Below, piece by piece: positions 8,255 to 18,654 of a stretch of DNA of 64,000 nucleotides (position 1 is the first letter of the stretch; the number at the start of each line of letters is the position of its first letter). Source of the DNA: Alphaproteobacteria bacterium (GTDB taxonomy: Bacteria > Pseudomonadota > Alphaproteobacteria > Rickettsiales > SXRF01); assembly GCA_020049775.1 (NCBI GenBank), contig JAGVLO010000008.1, positions 83,790-147,789 on the forward strand. The letters run 5' to 3'. Made by a program: the position numbers and the translations under genes. The notes under the pieces are model-generated. The model did no database searches, was not told the origin of the DNA, and saw only the letters and a program-made list of their open reading frames with translations.

Positions 8255-9730
8255 CTACTTCACCTGTGAAGGAACAAGCCGCTCACCTGTTGCGCCGCTG
8301 CTTCCGGCTTCATGATATTCCGCATCCTGATTGACGCACCACACATCGTATTTTGTTTCACCGGCAATAATATTTTTTACTGCCAGCATGGCGGTCATCA
8401 TTGAGTGGTCCTGATTGTTATATTTATGCATACCGTTGCGGCCAACAATCTGCAGGTTGGGACACGCAGCAGCCAACCAATCGCGGATAATATCCACATA
8501 GTCCTGATATTCCTGATCATACACCGGATAGGCCTTCGGTTGGCGCACTACGTAGCCTTTGCGCACATCAGAAGCTGAGCCAAGACCGATTTGCTCGAGT
8601 TCCTTCGTAGCAAGCTTTACCAGATCACTATCAGACGAGTTCCATAAACCATCACCTTCAAAGCAGAAATACTCCAGGCCGTAGCAGGTCAATGATTGGT
8701 CAGGCACCATTTCCGGTGACCATGATTTGAAATTCTGTATGCGGCCTACTTTCACTTCCGGAGAATGGATATAAATCCAGTTGTCATCAAATCTTTCGCG
8801 GTCAACAATAGCGAGCGCGACTGTCAGGAAGTCACGGTATCTAAGTTTATTTGCTGCTGCGCGTACTTTCTCTGGCGCATCCTTTACCGCATGCACCAGT
8901 TCACGCAACGGCATGGTGCTGATAACGTGCGTTGCGTGTACTATGGCCGTACTTCCGTTCTTGATATCGCGGTATTGCACTTCCCACAATTTCGCATCCT
9001 TATCGTAGGAAAGTGACGTCACGGCACGGCCGAGCTCCACGCGTCCATTACGCTGGCGTATTTGCTCGGCGGCTGCTTCCCACATCATACCCGGGCCTTT
9101 GCGCGGATAGAGAAATTCTTCAATCAGCGTTTTTATCTTATTGCCTTTGCTTTTAATTCCCAGCATACGCATGAATGCGTTTTTGAGCGCGGAGAACAAT
9201 GACAGGTTCTTGATGCGCTGCGCCGCCCAGTCTGCCGATATTTCCTTGCACGACATACCCCAGACTTTTTCCGTATAGGTCTTGAAGAAAATATTGAACA
9301 GCCGTGCGCCAAACTGGTTGGTTACCCATTCCTCAAATGTTTTCGGGTCACGCTTTGGGAAACATTTGGCATACACATATGACAAGCCGCCTAGTGCAGA
9401 TTCTACGAAACCAAGATTTACCAGCGTCTGCTTCAGGTCGAGCGGGTAGGGATAAAACTTACCGCCGTAAAATATACGCGACTTGCGCGGGCGTGTTATC
9501 ATCTGCGGCCCAAGTATCTCATTCCACAGCGCTACCACTTCCTGCGATTTGGAAAAAAAGCGGTGGCCGCCAATATCAAAGCAGAATCCATCAACCTGAA
9601 TGGTGCGCGAGATACCGCCCACATAGTCCGGATCTGCCTCCATCACCAGTACGTCGCGCCCCTGCTTACTGAGTTCATATGCTGCGGTCAGACCGGCAGG
9701 TCCACCACCTATGCAAATGACTTCTGTCAT
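8255..9730 (-). CDS. NAD(P)/FAD-dependent oxidoreductase (amine-oxidase / UDP-galactopyranose-mutase-like fold)
   Basis: N-terminal dinucleotide motif ICIGGGPAGLTAAYEL...VLVMEA. 491 aa. Start overlaps the HIT gene stop by 4 nt. Confidence 0.75.
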   Translation of the reverse strand: MTEVICIGGGPAGLTAAYELSKQGRDVLVMEADPDYVGGISRTIQVDGFCFDIGGHRFFSKSQEVVALWNEILGPQMITRPRKSRIFYGGKFYPYPLDLKQTLVNLGFVESALGGLSYVYAKCFPKRDPKTFEEWVTNQFGARLFNIFFKTYTEKVWGMSCKEISADWAAQRIKNLSLFSALKNAFMRMLGIKSKGNKIKTLIEEFLYPRKGPGMMWEAAAEQIRQRNGRVELGRAVTSLSYDKDAKLWEVQYRDIKNGSTAIVHATHVISTMPLRELVHAVKDAPEKVRAAANKLRYRDFLTVALAIVDRERFDDNWIYIHSPEVKVGRIQNFKSWSPEMVPDQSLTCYGLEYFCFEGDGLWNSSDSDLVKLATKELEQIGLGSASDVRKGYVVRQPKAYPVYDQEYQDYVDIIRDWLAAACPNLQIVGRNGMHKYNNQDHSMMTAMLAVKNIIAGETKYDVWCVNQDAEYHEAGSSGATGERLVPSQVK

Positions 9731-10083
9731 GGTAATAATCCCCCAAGGCTGCGCCCGCCTAAAATATGTATGTGAAAATGATGTACTGTCTGCGATGCGT
9801 CCGCACCATGGTTACTAATAATACGATAGCCATTGTCGGCTAAGCCCATTTTTACCGCGACCGCCTGAACAGCCGCAAAAAAACCTTTCATCAGCGGTGC
9901 GGGAGCATTGGCAGAAAAATCATCAAACGATTTATATTCGCCCTTAGGCACAACCAGAACATGTACGGGGGCGGCGGGAGCAATGTCTTCGAACGCAAAT
10001 GCAAACTCGTCCTCGTACAATTTCTTGCAGGGAATCTCTCCGCGCATGATTTTTGCAAAAATATTATTTTTGTCGTAAGCCAT
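9727..10083 (-). CDS. HIT (histidine triad) family protein
   Basis: Histidine triad HHFHIHILGG near the C-terminus. 118 aa. Confidence 0.85.
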   Translation of the reverse strand: MAYDKNNIFAKIMRGEIPCKKLYEDEFAFAFEDIAPAAPVHVLVVPKGEYKSFDDFSANAPAPLMKGFFAAVQAVAVKMGLADNGYRIISNHGADASQTVHHFHIHILGGRSLGGLLP

Positions 10084-10086
10084 TAC

Positions 10087-10704
10087 CTACTCAATCCTGC
10101 ATGCTTCGGCAAACTCGAATCGCGGGCTGCGTGGGAAAAGTTTGGACGCATCACCATAACCTAGATTGCACAGGAAATTCGATTTGATTTTTGTGCTTGC
10201 AAAAAATGCCGCATCTACCTTGGCATTATCAAAGCCAGACATCGGGCCGCAATCCAGCCCAAGCGCGCGCGCTGCCAGCATGAAATAAGCGCCCTGAAGC
10301 GATCCGTTGCGAAACGCCGTCGTCTGGATTACAGCATCATTACCGGCAAACCAGCTGCGCGCATCGGTATGCGGGAACAGTTTGGGCAGTTTTTCATAGA
10401 ACTCCATGTCATGCGCGATAATGGCGGTAACCGGTGCGGCCATGGTTTTTTCCATGTTGCCCTCTGAAAGGCATGGCTTTAGCTTTTCTTTGGCTGCCTT
10501 GGATTTGACAAATACAACGCGCATAGGCGAACAGTTAGCGCTGGTCGGCCCCATTTTTGCGAGGTCAAATGCGCGCATCAGAAGCGCATCATCGACCTGC
10601 TTATCCAGCCACGCGCTGTGCGTACGGGCGTTGCGGAACATCATATCAAGGCTCTTGTCATCAGCAATGGCCATTTCGTTGTTTCCTTTTATAGCGGTGG
10701 ACAT
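10087..10704 (-). CDS. nitroreductase family protein, RutE-like malonic semialdehyde reductase
   Basis: [15 protein letters not shown]...[11 protein letters not shown]...NLGYGD pattern of RutE/YdjA-type nitroreductases. About 200 aa. Confidence 0.7.
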   Translation of the reverse strand: MSTAIKGNNEMAIADDKSLDMMFRNARTHSAWLDKQVDDALLMRAFDLAKMGPTSANCSPMRVVFVKSKAAKEKLKPCLSEGNMEKTMAAPVTAIIAHDMEFYEKLPKLFPHTDARSWFAGNDAVIQTTAFRNGSLQGAYFMLAARALGLDCGPMSGFDNAKVDAAFFASTKIKSNFLCNLGYGDASKLFPRSPRFEFAEACRIE

Positions 10705-10705
10705 A

Positions 10706-11044
10706 TCAGCCTTCCTTTTTCAGTTTACGGTTTGCTTTTTCATCCAGACCGGAAATACCTTCGCGGCGTTCCAGCTCCGCCATAACATCGGCAGGCGGTA
10801 CACCAGCATCCGCCAACAGTATTAGCCAGTGGAACAACAGGTCGGCGCTTTCGCCAATCAGTTCTTTTTTATCTTTACGCATGGCGGCAATCACAGTTTC
10901 CACCGCCTCTTCGCCTACTTTTTGCGCAATTTTAGCCGTACCCTGCTGCAGGCGGCGGGCGATGTACGATTTATCCGGATCTGCCTTGCGACGTTCCAGT
11001 ACGAGTTTATAAAGGCGTTCTAAAGTATCATTAGCAGCTGCCAT
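10706..11044 (-). CDS. hisE: phosphoribosyl-ATP pyrophosphatase
   Basis: [50 protein letters not shown] is classic HisE. It lies at the end of the his operon. Confidence 0.85.
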   Translation of the reverse strand: MAAANDTLERLYKLVLERRKADPDKSYIARRLQQGTAKIAQKVGEEAVETVIAAMRKDKKELIGESADLLFHWLILLADAGVPPADVMAELERREGISGLDEKANRKLKKEG

Positions 11045-11048
11045 AGGC

Positions 11049-11807
11049 TTATATCCTTACCGGAATTCCGGCTGTTTTTAAAGCATCTTTTACCTGTGCC
11101 ACGCTGTAAGTACCAAAATGGAAGACGGAGGCAGCCAGTACCGCGTCTGCCTTGCCTTCCACTATTGCATCAACAAAATGCTCAAGCGTGCCAATGCCGC
11201 CCGAAGCAATCACCGGTATGCGTACAGCTTCCGATACCGCTCGCGTCAGCTCGAGGTTGCTGCCCTGTTTGGTGCCGTCACGGTCCATGGAGGTAAGCAA
11301 TATCTCCCCTGCTCCGAGCTTTTCCATTTTTTTGGCCCATTCTACCGCGTCTATGCCTGTGGGATTGCGGCCGCCATGGGTAAATATCTCAAACTTGCCA
11401 GGCGCGATCTGCTTGGCGTCAATCGCCACCACAATGCACTGCGACCCGAATTTCTCCGCCGCTTCCGCTACAAACTCCGGACGGCGCACCGCTTCCGTAT
11501 TGATAGAAACCTTATCCGCGCCCGCCAGCAGCAAAGCGCGAATGTCCGCCAGCGTGCGCACGCCACCGCCAACAGTAAGCGGCATGAAGCATACGTCTGC
11601 CACGCGGCTTATCACATCACAGAGGATGGAGCGGTTATCGCTGGAGGCAGTAATGTCGAGAAAGCAAAGCTCATCCGCACCCTGCGCGTCATAAATCTTG
11701 GCCTGATCCACCGGATCACCGGCATCGCGCAACTCAACGAAATTGATACCCTTGACCACGCGGCCGTCTTTGACGTCAAGGCAGGGAATGATGCGGGTTT
11801 TCAGCAT
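11049..11807 (-). CDS. hisF: imidazole glycerol phosphate synthase, cyclase subunit
   Basis: [16 protein letters not shown]...[11 protein letters not shown]...GGGVR are HisF signatures. Confidence 0.95.
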   Translation of the reverse strand: MLKTRIIPCLDVKDGRVVKGINFVELRDAGDPVDQAKIYDAQGADELCFLDITASSDNRSILCDVISRVADVCFMPLTVGGGVRTLADIRALLLAGADKVSINTEAVRRPEFVAEAAEKFGSQCIVVAIDAKQIAPGKFEIFTHGGRNPTGIDAVEWAKKMEKLGAGEILLTSMDRDGTKQGSNLELTRAVSEAVRIPVIASGGIGTLEHFVDAIVEGKADAVLAASVFHFGTYSVAQVKDALKTAGIPVRI

Positions 11808-12523
11808 AGTTTCAGCGCATCCGCCGGTTTGATAGCGCCGTCATAGAGGGCGCGGCCAATGATAATGCCCTCGATGCCCGAAGCTTCCACTTCCTTATAG
11901 CGGCGGATGTCATCAAGCGTACTCATGCCGCCCGACGCAATCACCGGCGTGGTGATTTCTTCGGCCAGCCTTACCGTTTCTTCGACATTAGGGCCTTCCA
12001 TGGCACCGTCACGGTTGATGTCGGTATAGATAATCGCGGCCGCGCCCACATCTTCCAGTTTCTTGGCAAAATCGGTGGCCAGCTGGTCCGACACTTCCGC
12101 CCAGCCATTGATGGCCACGCGCCCGCCCTTGGCATCAATGCCGACCGCTATCTGGCCGGGGAACTGGCGGCAGGCTTCTTTCACCAGCACGGGATTACGA
12201 AGTGCTGCCGTGCCCAGAATCACACGTGATACGCCCGCGTTCAGCCAGTCGCCAATCATCTGCATATTGCGTATGCCGCCACCCAGCTGCACCTGCATGT
12301 TTTTTACACGCGCCAGAATCGATTTCACCGCTGATTCATTCACCGGCCTGCCTTCAAACGCACCGTTCAAATCCACAATGTGCAGCCATGAGAAGCCTGC
12401 GTTTTCAAAAGCGGAAGCCTGATCGGCGGGTGACTCGGAAAACACGGTGGCCTTGTCCATCTCACCGCGTAGCAGGCGCACACATTTTCCGTCTTTCAGG
12501 TCTATGGCAGGGTAGAGGATCAT
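11801..12523 (-). CDS. hisA: ProFAR isomerase (1-(5-phosphoribosyl)-5-[(5-phosphoribosylamino)methylideneamino]imidazole-4-carboxamide isomerase)
   Basis: [17 protein letters not shown]...LHIVDLNGA...QLGGGIR are HisA signatures. Confidence 0.95.
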   Translation of the reverse strand: MILYPAIDLKDGKCVRLLRGEMDKATVFSESPADQASAFENAGFSWLHIVDLNGAFEGRPVNESAVKSILARVKNMQVQLGGGIRNMQMIGDWLNAGVSRVILGTAALRNPVLVKEACRQFPGQIAVGIDAKGGRVAINGWAEVSDQLATDFAKKLEDVGAAAIIYTDINRDGAMEGPNVEETVRLAEEITTPVIASGGMSTLDDIRRYKEVEASGIEGIIIGRALYDGAIKPADALKLC

Positions 12524-12533
12524 ATGTGTTTCA

Positions 12534-13073
12534 TCAAATCAGCGATGTAATCGGGTCAAGGTTTTTATAATAGAAATGGCCGCCAATCATCTGCGCGTTG
12601 ACGAATTCATAGTAAGGCAAATCGCCCCATTTAATGTAACCATGCTCTTCGTAAATTTTTATGGCGCGGTCCTGTGTTTCGCGCACGCTCAACTTTACGA
12701 TGGAAAAGCCCTGCGCGCGCGCCTCACGCTCTGCCGCTTCCAGCAACATTTTCGCCAGCCCATGCCCGCGCGCCCACGGCGCTACGAAATGCGCTTCCAT
12801 CGATGCGGCAAAAGATGATGTTTCTTTGCTTGGGCCGGGCTTGAGCAGCTGAATGCTGCCCGACAACGTGCCGTCCAGCCGCGCGACAAAAAGCACGCGC
12901 TCCGGCACCACCAGCACGCCTTTCCAGTAAGTTTCCAGTATATCCTTACCCGGCGGCAGCACCCAATTGAAACCGATGCCTTCCTTGATGGCATCCTCGG
13001 TGGCCTGCACCAGTTCGGTGAGGTCGGCATGGCGGAATTCCGTCATACGTTCAACGCGTGCAGCCATAATCAA
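12534..13073 (-). CDS. GNAT family N-acetyltransferase
   Basis: Acetyl-CoA binding motif ([26 protein letters not shown]). 179 aa. Embedded between hisH and hisA. Confidence 0.8.
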   Translation of the reverse strand: MIMAARVERMTEFRHADLTELVQATEDAIKEGIGFNWVLPPGKDILETYWKGVLVVPERVLFVARLDGTLSGSIQLLKPGPSKETSSFAASMEAHFVAPWARGHGLAKMLLEAAEREARAQGFSIVKLSVRETQDRAIKIYEEHGYIKWGDLPYYEFVNAQMIGGHFYYKNLDPITSLI

Positions 13074-13690
13074 AACCCCAGAAAATTTTTAAGCAATTGC
13101 AGCCCCGTTGCCTGACTTTTTTCAGGATGGAACTGTGTACCCATGATATTGTCCTGCCCTACCACTGCTGCGAGGCTTTGTCCATAGTCCACACTGGCCA
13201 GAAGGTCGGAAGCATTGCTGCAGCGTGCATGGTAACTATGCACAAAATAGGCGTGGTCGCCTTTGCCAATCCCGTGAAACAGCGGGTGAGCAGACCTGAT
13301 ATCCAGCTCGTTCCATCCCATGTGCATGACCCTAAGCGGCGGCGCGCATTTTATCGGCACGACTTCACCCTTTAGCCATCCCAGACCTTCATGGATTCCG
13401 TGTTCATGTCCGCGCTCAAACAACATCTGCATACCCACACAGATACCAAGAAAGGGTTTTTTGCGTTCCAGCACCTGTTCGCAAAGCGCCGGTATCATGC
13501 CGGACAGGGCCTTCAAGCCGCGCATGCAATCGCCATAAGAACCTACGCCGGGCAGCACGATATGGCTTGCCTCTGCCAGCGGCTGCGGCGTATCGGTGAT
13601 ATGCACTTTTTTTGCATCCGCAACATGCTCGAAGGCTTTTGCAACCGAGCGCAGATTGCCAGAACCGTAATCAATGATGGCAACGGTCAT
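13070..13690 (-). CDS. hisH: imidazole glycerol phosphate synthase, glutamine amidotransferase subunit
   Basis: IIDYGSGNLRSV...LPGVGS...GICVGMQ...HSY...QFHPEKS contains the class I GATase triad. Confidence 0.95.
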   Translation of the reverse strand: MTVAIIDYGSGNLRSVAKAFEHVADAKKVHITDTPQPLAEASHIVLPGVGSYGDCMRGLKALSGMIPALCEQVLERKKPFLGICVGMQMLFERGHEHGIHEGLGWLKGEVVPIKCAPPLRVMHMGWNELDIRSAHPLFHGIGKGDHAYFVHSYHARCSNASDLLASVDYGQSLAAVVGQDNIMGTQFHPEKSQATGLQLLKNFLGF

Positions 13691-13700
13691 CGCGGCGTAA

Positions 13701-14102
13701 TCACTGGGGGGATGCCGCCAGCATCCGTTCGAAATAGCGCTGTTCCGCTTTCAGTATATGGTCTGCCGCCGAGATATCAGCAAGGATATAACCATCTTTT
13801 GTCAGCTTGGTTTGCATCCAGTCGCAGGCCATAAAACCCACCACCACCTGAAAAGCAAGCTGCACCATAGCAAGGCTAGGCTGCGTAAACAGCTGCATGT
13901 TGTTTGCCGTTACCAGCGCAATATTAAAAGCCGAAATATAAAATAACGGTTTCCACATGCGGTGATACAGCGCCCAGAAAAACGTAAGCGCAAAAGCAAA
14001 AATATTGAAGCCTTCCCTGACCATAATAGGGCGTTCCTGCGCATGTGCCGTACCCGCGCGGATGAACACCAGATAGATTTTCATGGGCGAAAAAAAATTC
14101 AT
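13701..14102 (-). CDS. DUF2628 domain membrane protein
   Basis: [20 protein letters not shown] motif and two TM helices. Its position between hisB and hisH is common in alphaproteobacterial his operons. Confidence 0.65.
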   Translation of the reverse strand: MNFFSPMKIYLVFIRAGTAHAQERPIMVREGFNIFAFALTFFWALYHRMWKPLFYISAFNIALVTANNMQLFTQPSLAMVQLAFQVVVGFMACDWMQTKLTKDGYILADISAADHILKAEQRYFERMLAASPQ

Positions 14103-14698
14103 GCCTTACCCCCGAGCGTTCCCTTGGTAGATGGAATGTCGTCGCTCTTGCGTGGGTCAATGGCAATAGCCATGCGCAATGCCTTAGCTAAGCCCTTGTA
14201 GCAGGATTCAACGATATGGTGATTATTGACGCCGTAGAGGTTTTCTATATGCAACGTCGCACCTGCGGCAAAAGCAAAAGCCTGAAACCATTCACGGAAA
14301 AGTTCCGTATCCATTTCGCCCAATTTGGGTTTGGTGAATTCCACATTCCACACAAAATACGGACGGCCGGATAAATCAATCACTACGCGTGTCAGCGTTT
14401 CATCCATAGGGATGTAAGCATGGCCGTAACGTATAATACCTTTGCGCTCACCCAGTGCCTTGGTGAAAGCCTCGCCGATGGTGATGCCAGTATCTTCGGT
14501 GGTGTGGTGAAAATCAATGTGTAAATCACCCTTGGCGCTTAAGGCTAAATCCATGAGGCTGTGGCGTGAGAGCTGTTCCATCATATGGTCGAGAAAGCCA
14601 ATGCCGGTGGACACTTTGTATTGTCCGGTACCATCCAGTGCAAGTTCTGCGGTGATGCTGGTTTCCTTGGTTTTACGTTCTACTTTGGCGCTGCGCAT
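14099..14698 (-). CDS. hisB: imidazoleglycerol-phosphate dehydratase
   Basis: RKTKETSI...GIGFLDHML...HHTTED..I..G...NNHH..ES.FK are IGPD signatures. Confidence 0.95.
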   Translation of the reverse strand: MRSAKVERKTKETSITAELALDGTGQYKVSTGIGFLDHMMEQLSRHSLMDLALSAKGDLHIDFHHTTEDTGITIGEAFTKALGERKGIIRYGHAYIPMDETLTRVVIDLSGRPYFVWNVEFTKPKLGEMDTELFREWFQAFAFAAGATLHIENLYGVNNHHIVESCYKGLAKALRMAIAIDPRKSDDIPSTKGTLGGKA

Positions 14699-14854
14699 AA
14701 TGAAGTGTGATACCTGTACTATCGATTCGGCAATATCAGTATTGCCTCAGGCATCCTTCATAGCATTACACTAAACCTCTGTAAACCTTGGCGATTGGTA
14801 TCGGGTTAAAAATGGCCATTGTATAATATACTGATTTATATAAATTTTTTATAC

Positions 14855-15961
14855 CTAGCCGTCTTCCAGGTGCAGCAATAATGCCGCTCCTATCATACTG
14901 ACCACAACCGCCGGTGACCATGCCGCCAACATAATGGGCAGCGTGCCTGCCGAACCGAGCGCAAAAATAATGTCGGTAAAGAAATGCAGCAAAAACCCGC
15001 TGACAATACCCGCCACCACCAACACGCCGATTTTGCCACGCCGCGGCAGGCGCAGCGAAAACACTGCCGCAACCAGCACCGTACCCGCCAACAGGAACGG
15101 AGCAGAAAGCAAGCTATGCCAATATAATCTATGGTGCAGGGCTGAAAAACCTGCATTCTCAAGCATGGTAATAAACGAAGGCAACCGCCAGAACGACATG
15201 GTCTCTGGCGAGGCAAAGCTATCCTGAATGCGCGACAAGGTAAGTGTTGTGGGCAACCTTACCTCATTAATAGCTTCCGCAGGCTTGCCTGGAACAGAGC
15301 GCGTTACTTTATGCAAATGCAAACTGCCAGGATCGAGTACTGCTTTCTCGGCATCCAGTCTTTCTACAAACTTCTTGGCCTTGTCAAAACTGAAAACAAT
15401 GATGTTGGAGAACTGCATGGTGTTCTGCGAGATATGCATGGTATAGATGATATGCTCGCTGATATCGCCTTCATCGGCTTCTATCTGGCGCAACCACAGA
15501 CCTGACGAGGAAATCGAAAGCAGGCTGGGACGACCCGTCAGATACTTCCCCTCAACATGCTCATAACGCAGCAGCAGAACCGCCGCCAGCGGGTTAAAAA
15601 CCGTGGTGATGAATATGCCCAGCGCCATCACCATCGCCACCGCTGGCGCAAGGAACTGCCACACGGACACACCTGCCGAACGCGCCACCACCAGTTCATG
15701 CGTGCGCGTCAGGCGCGTCAGCGCCATCATGCTGCCAATCAGCACCGCATAGGGCGCGAGCTTGGTGGCAAGGAAAGGAATGCGCAGCGCCGCCAACTCA
15801 ATCACCACCGACAGCGGTACATTGCTTTTGCCAGATGCGCGTCGTATCAGCTCTACAACATCAATCAGCGTGGTAATCGCCATTAGGCCAGCCAGCGCAA
15901 TCAGGAAAGAGAGGAGGAAATGGCGCACAATATACATCGACAGAGTCCACGGCAGCCTCAT
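14855..15961 (-). CDS. lptG: LPS export ABC transporter permease LptG
   Basis: YjgP/YjgQ permease family. It is the second gene of a pair divergent from pepA (the conserved pepA/lptF-lptG arrangement) and overlaps lptF by 4 nt. Confidence 0.85.
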   Translation of the reverse strand: MRLPWTLSMYIVRHFLLSFLIALAGLMAITTLIDVVELIRRASGKSNVPLSVVIELAALRIPFLATKLAPYAVLIGSMMALTRLTRTHELVVARSAGVSVWQFLAPAVAMVMALGIFITTVFNPLAAVLLLRYEHVEGKYLTGRPSLLSISSSGLWLRQIEADEGDISEHIIYTMHISQNTMQFSNIIVFSFDKAKKFVERLDAEKAVLDPGSLHLHKVTRSVPGKPAEAINEVRLPTTLTLSRIQDSFASPETMSFWRLPSFITMLENAGFSALHHRLYWHSLLSAPFLLAGTVLVAAVFSLRLPRRGKIGVLVVAGIVSGFLLHFFTDIIFALGSAGTLPIMLAAWSPAVVVSMIGAALLLHLEDG

Positions 15962-17079
15962 ATTGCCTGACCTTCCAGCGCTTCTGTTTTATGCATTTCT
16001 CGCTGCCTGCGTATATGGTCGCTTAAGACCCATGCCGCCGCAGCCATTGGTACCAGCAGGTTGAGATAGGCGAGCGGAATGGTCATGGGATGTATAGCCA
16101 TCATCCCACGCAGGCCTACGGCGCTAAATAAAATCACCGCACCGATGACAGCCGCCAACAATATGCGTTTCCAGTGGCCGCGGCGGTTGAATTCACCCAG
16201 CAACATGACGGCCAGACCCACCAGAGTGAGACAAAATACATAGGCGGGCCAGATGATACGCTGGTTGGCTTCGGCAAAGCGTTTCTGGTTTTCTTCTTTG
16301 GAAAGCGATTCATTATGGGCTAGCAATTCACCGAGATACAGTTCCTGCACGTCGATATTTGTACGGGCAATCGACTTGGCGTAAAGCGATAAATCAAGTG
16401 TGTAGCTTTCGAAATTCAGGAAGGCCATCCTGCTGTTGCGCATTTCCTGCCGGTTGCCGGTGTAAAGCAGAAAACGTGGCCCTTGCGGCGTTTCCACCAG
16501 CTTGCCCTGCTCCGCCATCATGGTCACCGGCGCCAGCAGGTTACGGTTGTCATGCACCAAAATGCCGTGCAACGTGCCATCCTTGTCGCGCTCGCGGATA
16601 AATACAGTCAGCCCCTGCACCGGACTACTAAACACGCCTTCCTGTAGCAGAATAGAGGCATAATTATTGCGCAAAAATGCCTGCATTTCCTTGAAGCGGT
16701 TATAGCTGACCGGCTGCAGATACATGGAAATCAGATAAGCCAGCGCCATCATCCCCATCCCCACCTGTATAGCGGGCAAGCTCAGGCGCCAATAGCTTAG
16801 GCCCGCCGCCTGCAACACCACCAGTTCGCTATCACTTTTAAGCTTGTTATACACAAACAGGATTGAGCAGAACATGGCTGCAGGCAGTATCATCAAAAGC
16901 AAAGACGGCACCAGCAGCAAGGTGAGCTTCAGGAAAACGATGATAGAAATGCCCTGGTTAACGATAAAATCGATAAAGCGCAGCGCTTGCGTCAGCCAAA
17001 CGATACTGGTAAGGCTAAACGTAATCAGCAGCGTCGAATGCACCAAGTGCTTGGCTATATATTTGCTGTAGCGATACAT
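15958..17079 (-). CDS. lptF: LPS export ABC transporter permease LptF
   Basis: YjgP/YjgQ family permease with 6 TM helices and a periplasmic beta-jellyroll insert. First gene divergent from pepA. Confidence 0.85.
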   Translation of the reverse strand: MYRYSKYIAKHLVHSTLLITFSLTSIVWLTQALRFIDFIVNQGISIIVFLKLTLLLVPSLLLMILPAAMFCSILFVYNKLKSDSELVVLQAAGLSYWRLSLPAIQVGMGMMALAYLISMYLQPVSYNRFKEMQAFLRNNYASILLQEGVFSSPVQGLTVFIRERDKDGTLHGILVHDNRNLLAPVTMMAEQGKLVETPQGPRFLLYTGNRQEMRNSRMAFLNFESYTLDLSLYAKSIARTNIDVQELYLGELLAHNESLSKEENQKRFAEANQRIIWPAYVFCLTLVGLAVMLLGEFNRRGHWKRILLAAVIGAVILFSAVGLRGMMAIHPMTIPLAYLNLLVPMAAAAWVLSDHIRRQREMHKTEALEGQAI

Positions 17080-17122
17080 AACAATTACTGATAGCGCCTA
17101 ACGAAGACAAAGGGAAGCCCAT

Positions 17123-18649
17123 ATGAAGATTCAGTTTCAGGAAATAACTGCCGCCCAAACCACCCTTAAAGGCTCAAAACCTGATGCTGCCATCGTCTTT
17201 CTGGTAGGTGAAGACAAAAAGCTGGGCGCGACCGCCCAGGCCGTAAACAAACAGGCAAACGGCGCGCTCGCCAAGGCATTATTTGCCGGTAAATTCGCAG
17301 GTAAACGCGGGCAGTGCGTGACGGTTATCGCCCCCGCCAGCATGAAAAGCAACCACATCATCCTCGCCGGCATCGGCAGCGCCAAAAGCCTTGATGCCAA
17401 AGCACTGGAAAACATTGGCGGCAGCATCGTGCCGCACCTCAACGCCGCCCGCACCGGAACCGCTACGGTTGTTTTCGAAACCATCAAGGGTATGCCGATG
17501 GGCATGGCAGAAGCCGCCGCCCATATGGGCCACGGCGCTTACCTGCGCAGCTACCGTTTTGACAAATACCACACCAAGAAAACTGCCGACGAAAAACCGA
17601 CATTGCATACACTGACCGTTGCAGTGGCCAATGCCAAGGCCGTTGCCAAACCTTATGCCGATCTGGAAAAACTGGCGGACGGCGTATTTTTCACCCGTGA
17701 TTTGGTGTCGGAACCTGCCAACATCATCAATCCGGAAACGCTGGCACAACAATGCCTTGAGCTGGAAAAACTGGGCGTGGACGTGCAGATTCTCGGCGAA
17801 GAAGATATGTATGAGTTGGGCTTTGGCGCACTCCTTGGCGTCGGGCAAGGCTCAACCAAGGAATCGCAGATGGTCATCATGCGCTGGAACGGACTTGGCA
17901 AAAGTTCCAAAACGCCGCCGCTCGCTTTTGTCGGCAAGGGTGTGACGTTTGACACAGGCGGCATCAGCATCAAACCCGCTGGCGGCATGGAAGAAATGAA
18001 ATGGGACATGGGCGGCGCAGGCACTGTCATCGGCCTAATGAAAGCCCTCGCCGGACGCAAGGCAAAAGCCAATGTCGTGGGTGTGGCGGGGCTGGTGGAA
18101 AACATGCCGGGCGGCAACGCGCAGCGTCCAGGCGACGTGGTTACTTCATACTCCGGCCAGACCATCGAAGTACTCAACACCGACGCCGAAGGCCGACTCG
18201 TGCTGGCCGACGCACTGTGGTACACACAGAAACATTTCAAGCCGCGCTTCATCATCGACCTTGCAACGCTTACAGGCGCTATCATCGTGGCGCTTGGCAC
18301 GTCGCGCGCAGGCCTGTTTTCCAATAACGACAAATTATCAGAACAGCTTTATAAAACCGGTGAAAAAACCGGCGAGGAAGTATGGCGTCTGCCGCTCGGT
18401 GATGTCTATGACAAGCAAATCAACTCCGACATCGCGGACATGCAAAATATCGGCAAAGACCGCGAAGCGGGCAGCATCACCGCCGCCCAGTTCCTGCAAC
18501 GCTTTGTCAACAAAACACCATGGGTGCATCTTGACATCGCCGGTGTGGCGTGGAGCAAAAAAGACGCCGATACCGTACCCAAAGGCGCGACCGCGTTTGG
18601 CGTGCGCCTGCTAAACCAGCTGGTCGCTGATTATTATGAGATGAAGTAA
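17123..18649 (+). CDS. pepA: leucyl aminopeptidase (M17)
   Basis: M17 catalytic signature VGKGVTFDTGGISIKP...NTDAEGRLVLAD. Confidence 0.9.
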   Translation: MKIQFQEITAAQTTLKGSKPDAAIVFLVGEDKKLGATAQAVNKQANGALAKALFAGKFAGKRGQCVTVIAPASMKSNHIILAGIGSAKSLDAKALENIGGSIVPHLNAARTGTATVVFETIKGMPMGMAEAAAHMGHGAYLRSYRFDKYHTKKTADEKPTLHTLTVAVANAKAVAKPYADLEKLADGVFFTRDLVSEPANIINPETLAQQCLELEKLGVDVQILGEEDMYELGFGALLGVGQGSTKESQMVIMRWNGLGKSSKTPPLAFVGKGVTFDTGGISIKPAGGMEEMKWDMGGAGTVIGLMKALAGRKAKANVVGVAGLVENMPGGNAQRPGDVVTSYSGQTIEVLNTDAEGRLVLADALWYTQKHFKPRFIIDLATLTGAIIVALGTSRAGLFSNNDKLSEQLYKTGEKTGEEVWRLPLGDVYDKQINSDIADMQNIGKDREAGSITAAQFLQRFVNKTPWVHLDIAGVAWSKKDADTVPKGATAFGVRLLNQLVADYYEMK

Positions 18650-18654
18650 GGGCA

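Noticed and set aside
11118-11846. 242-aa ORF antisense to hisF (and 11152..11694 in another frame)
   Set aside because: hisF on the minus strand is unambiguous. The plus-strand ORFs are Arg/Ala-rich shadows with no family resemblance.
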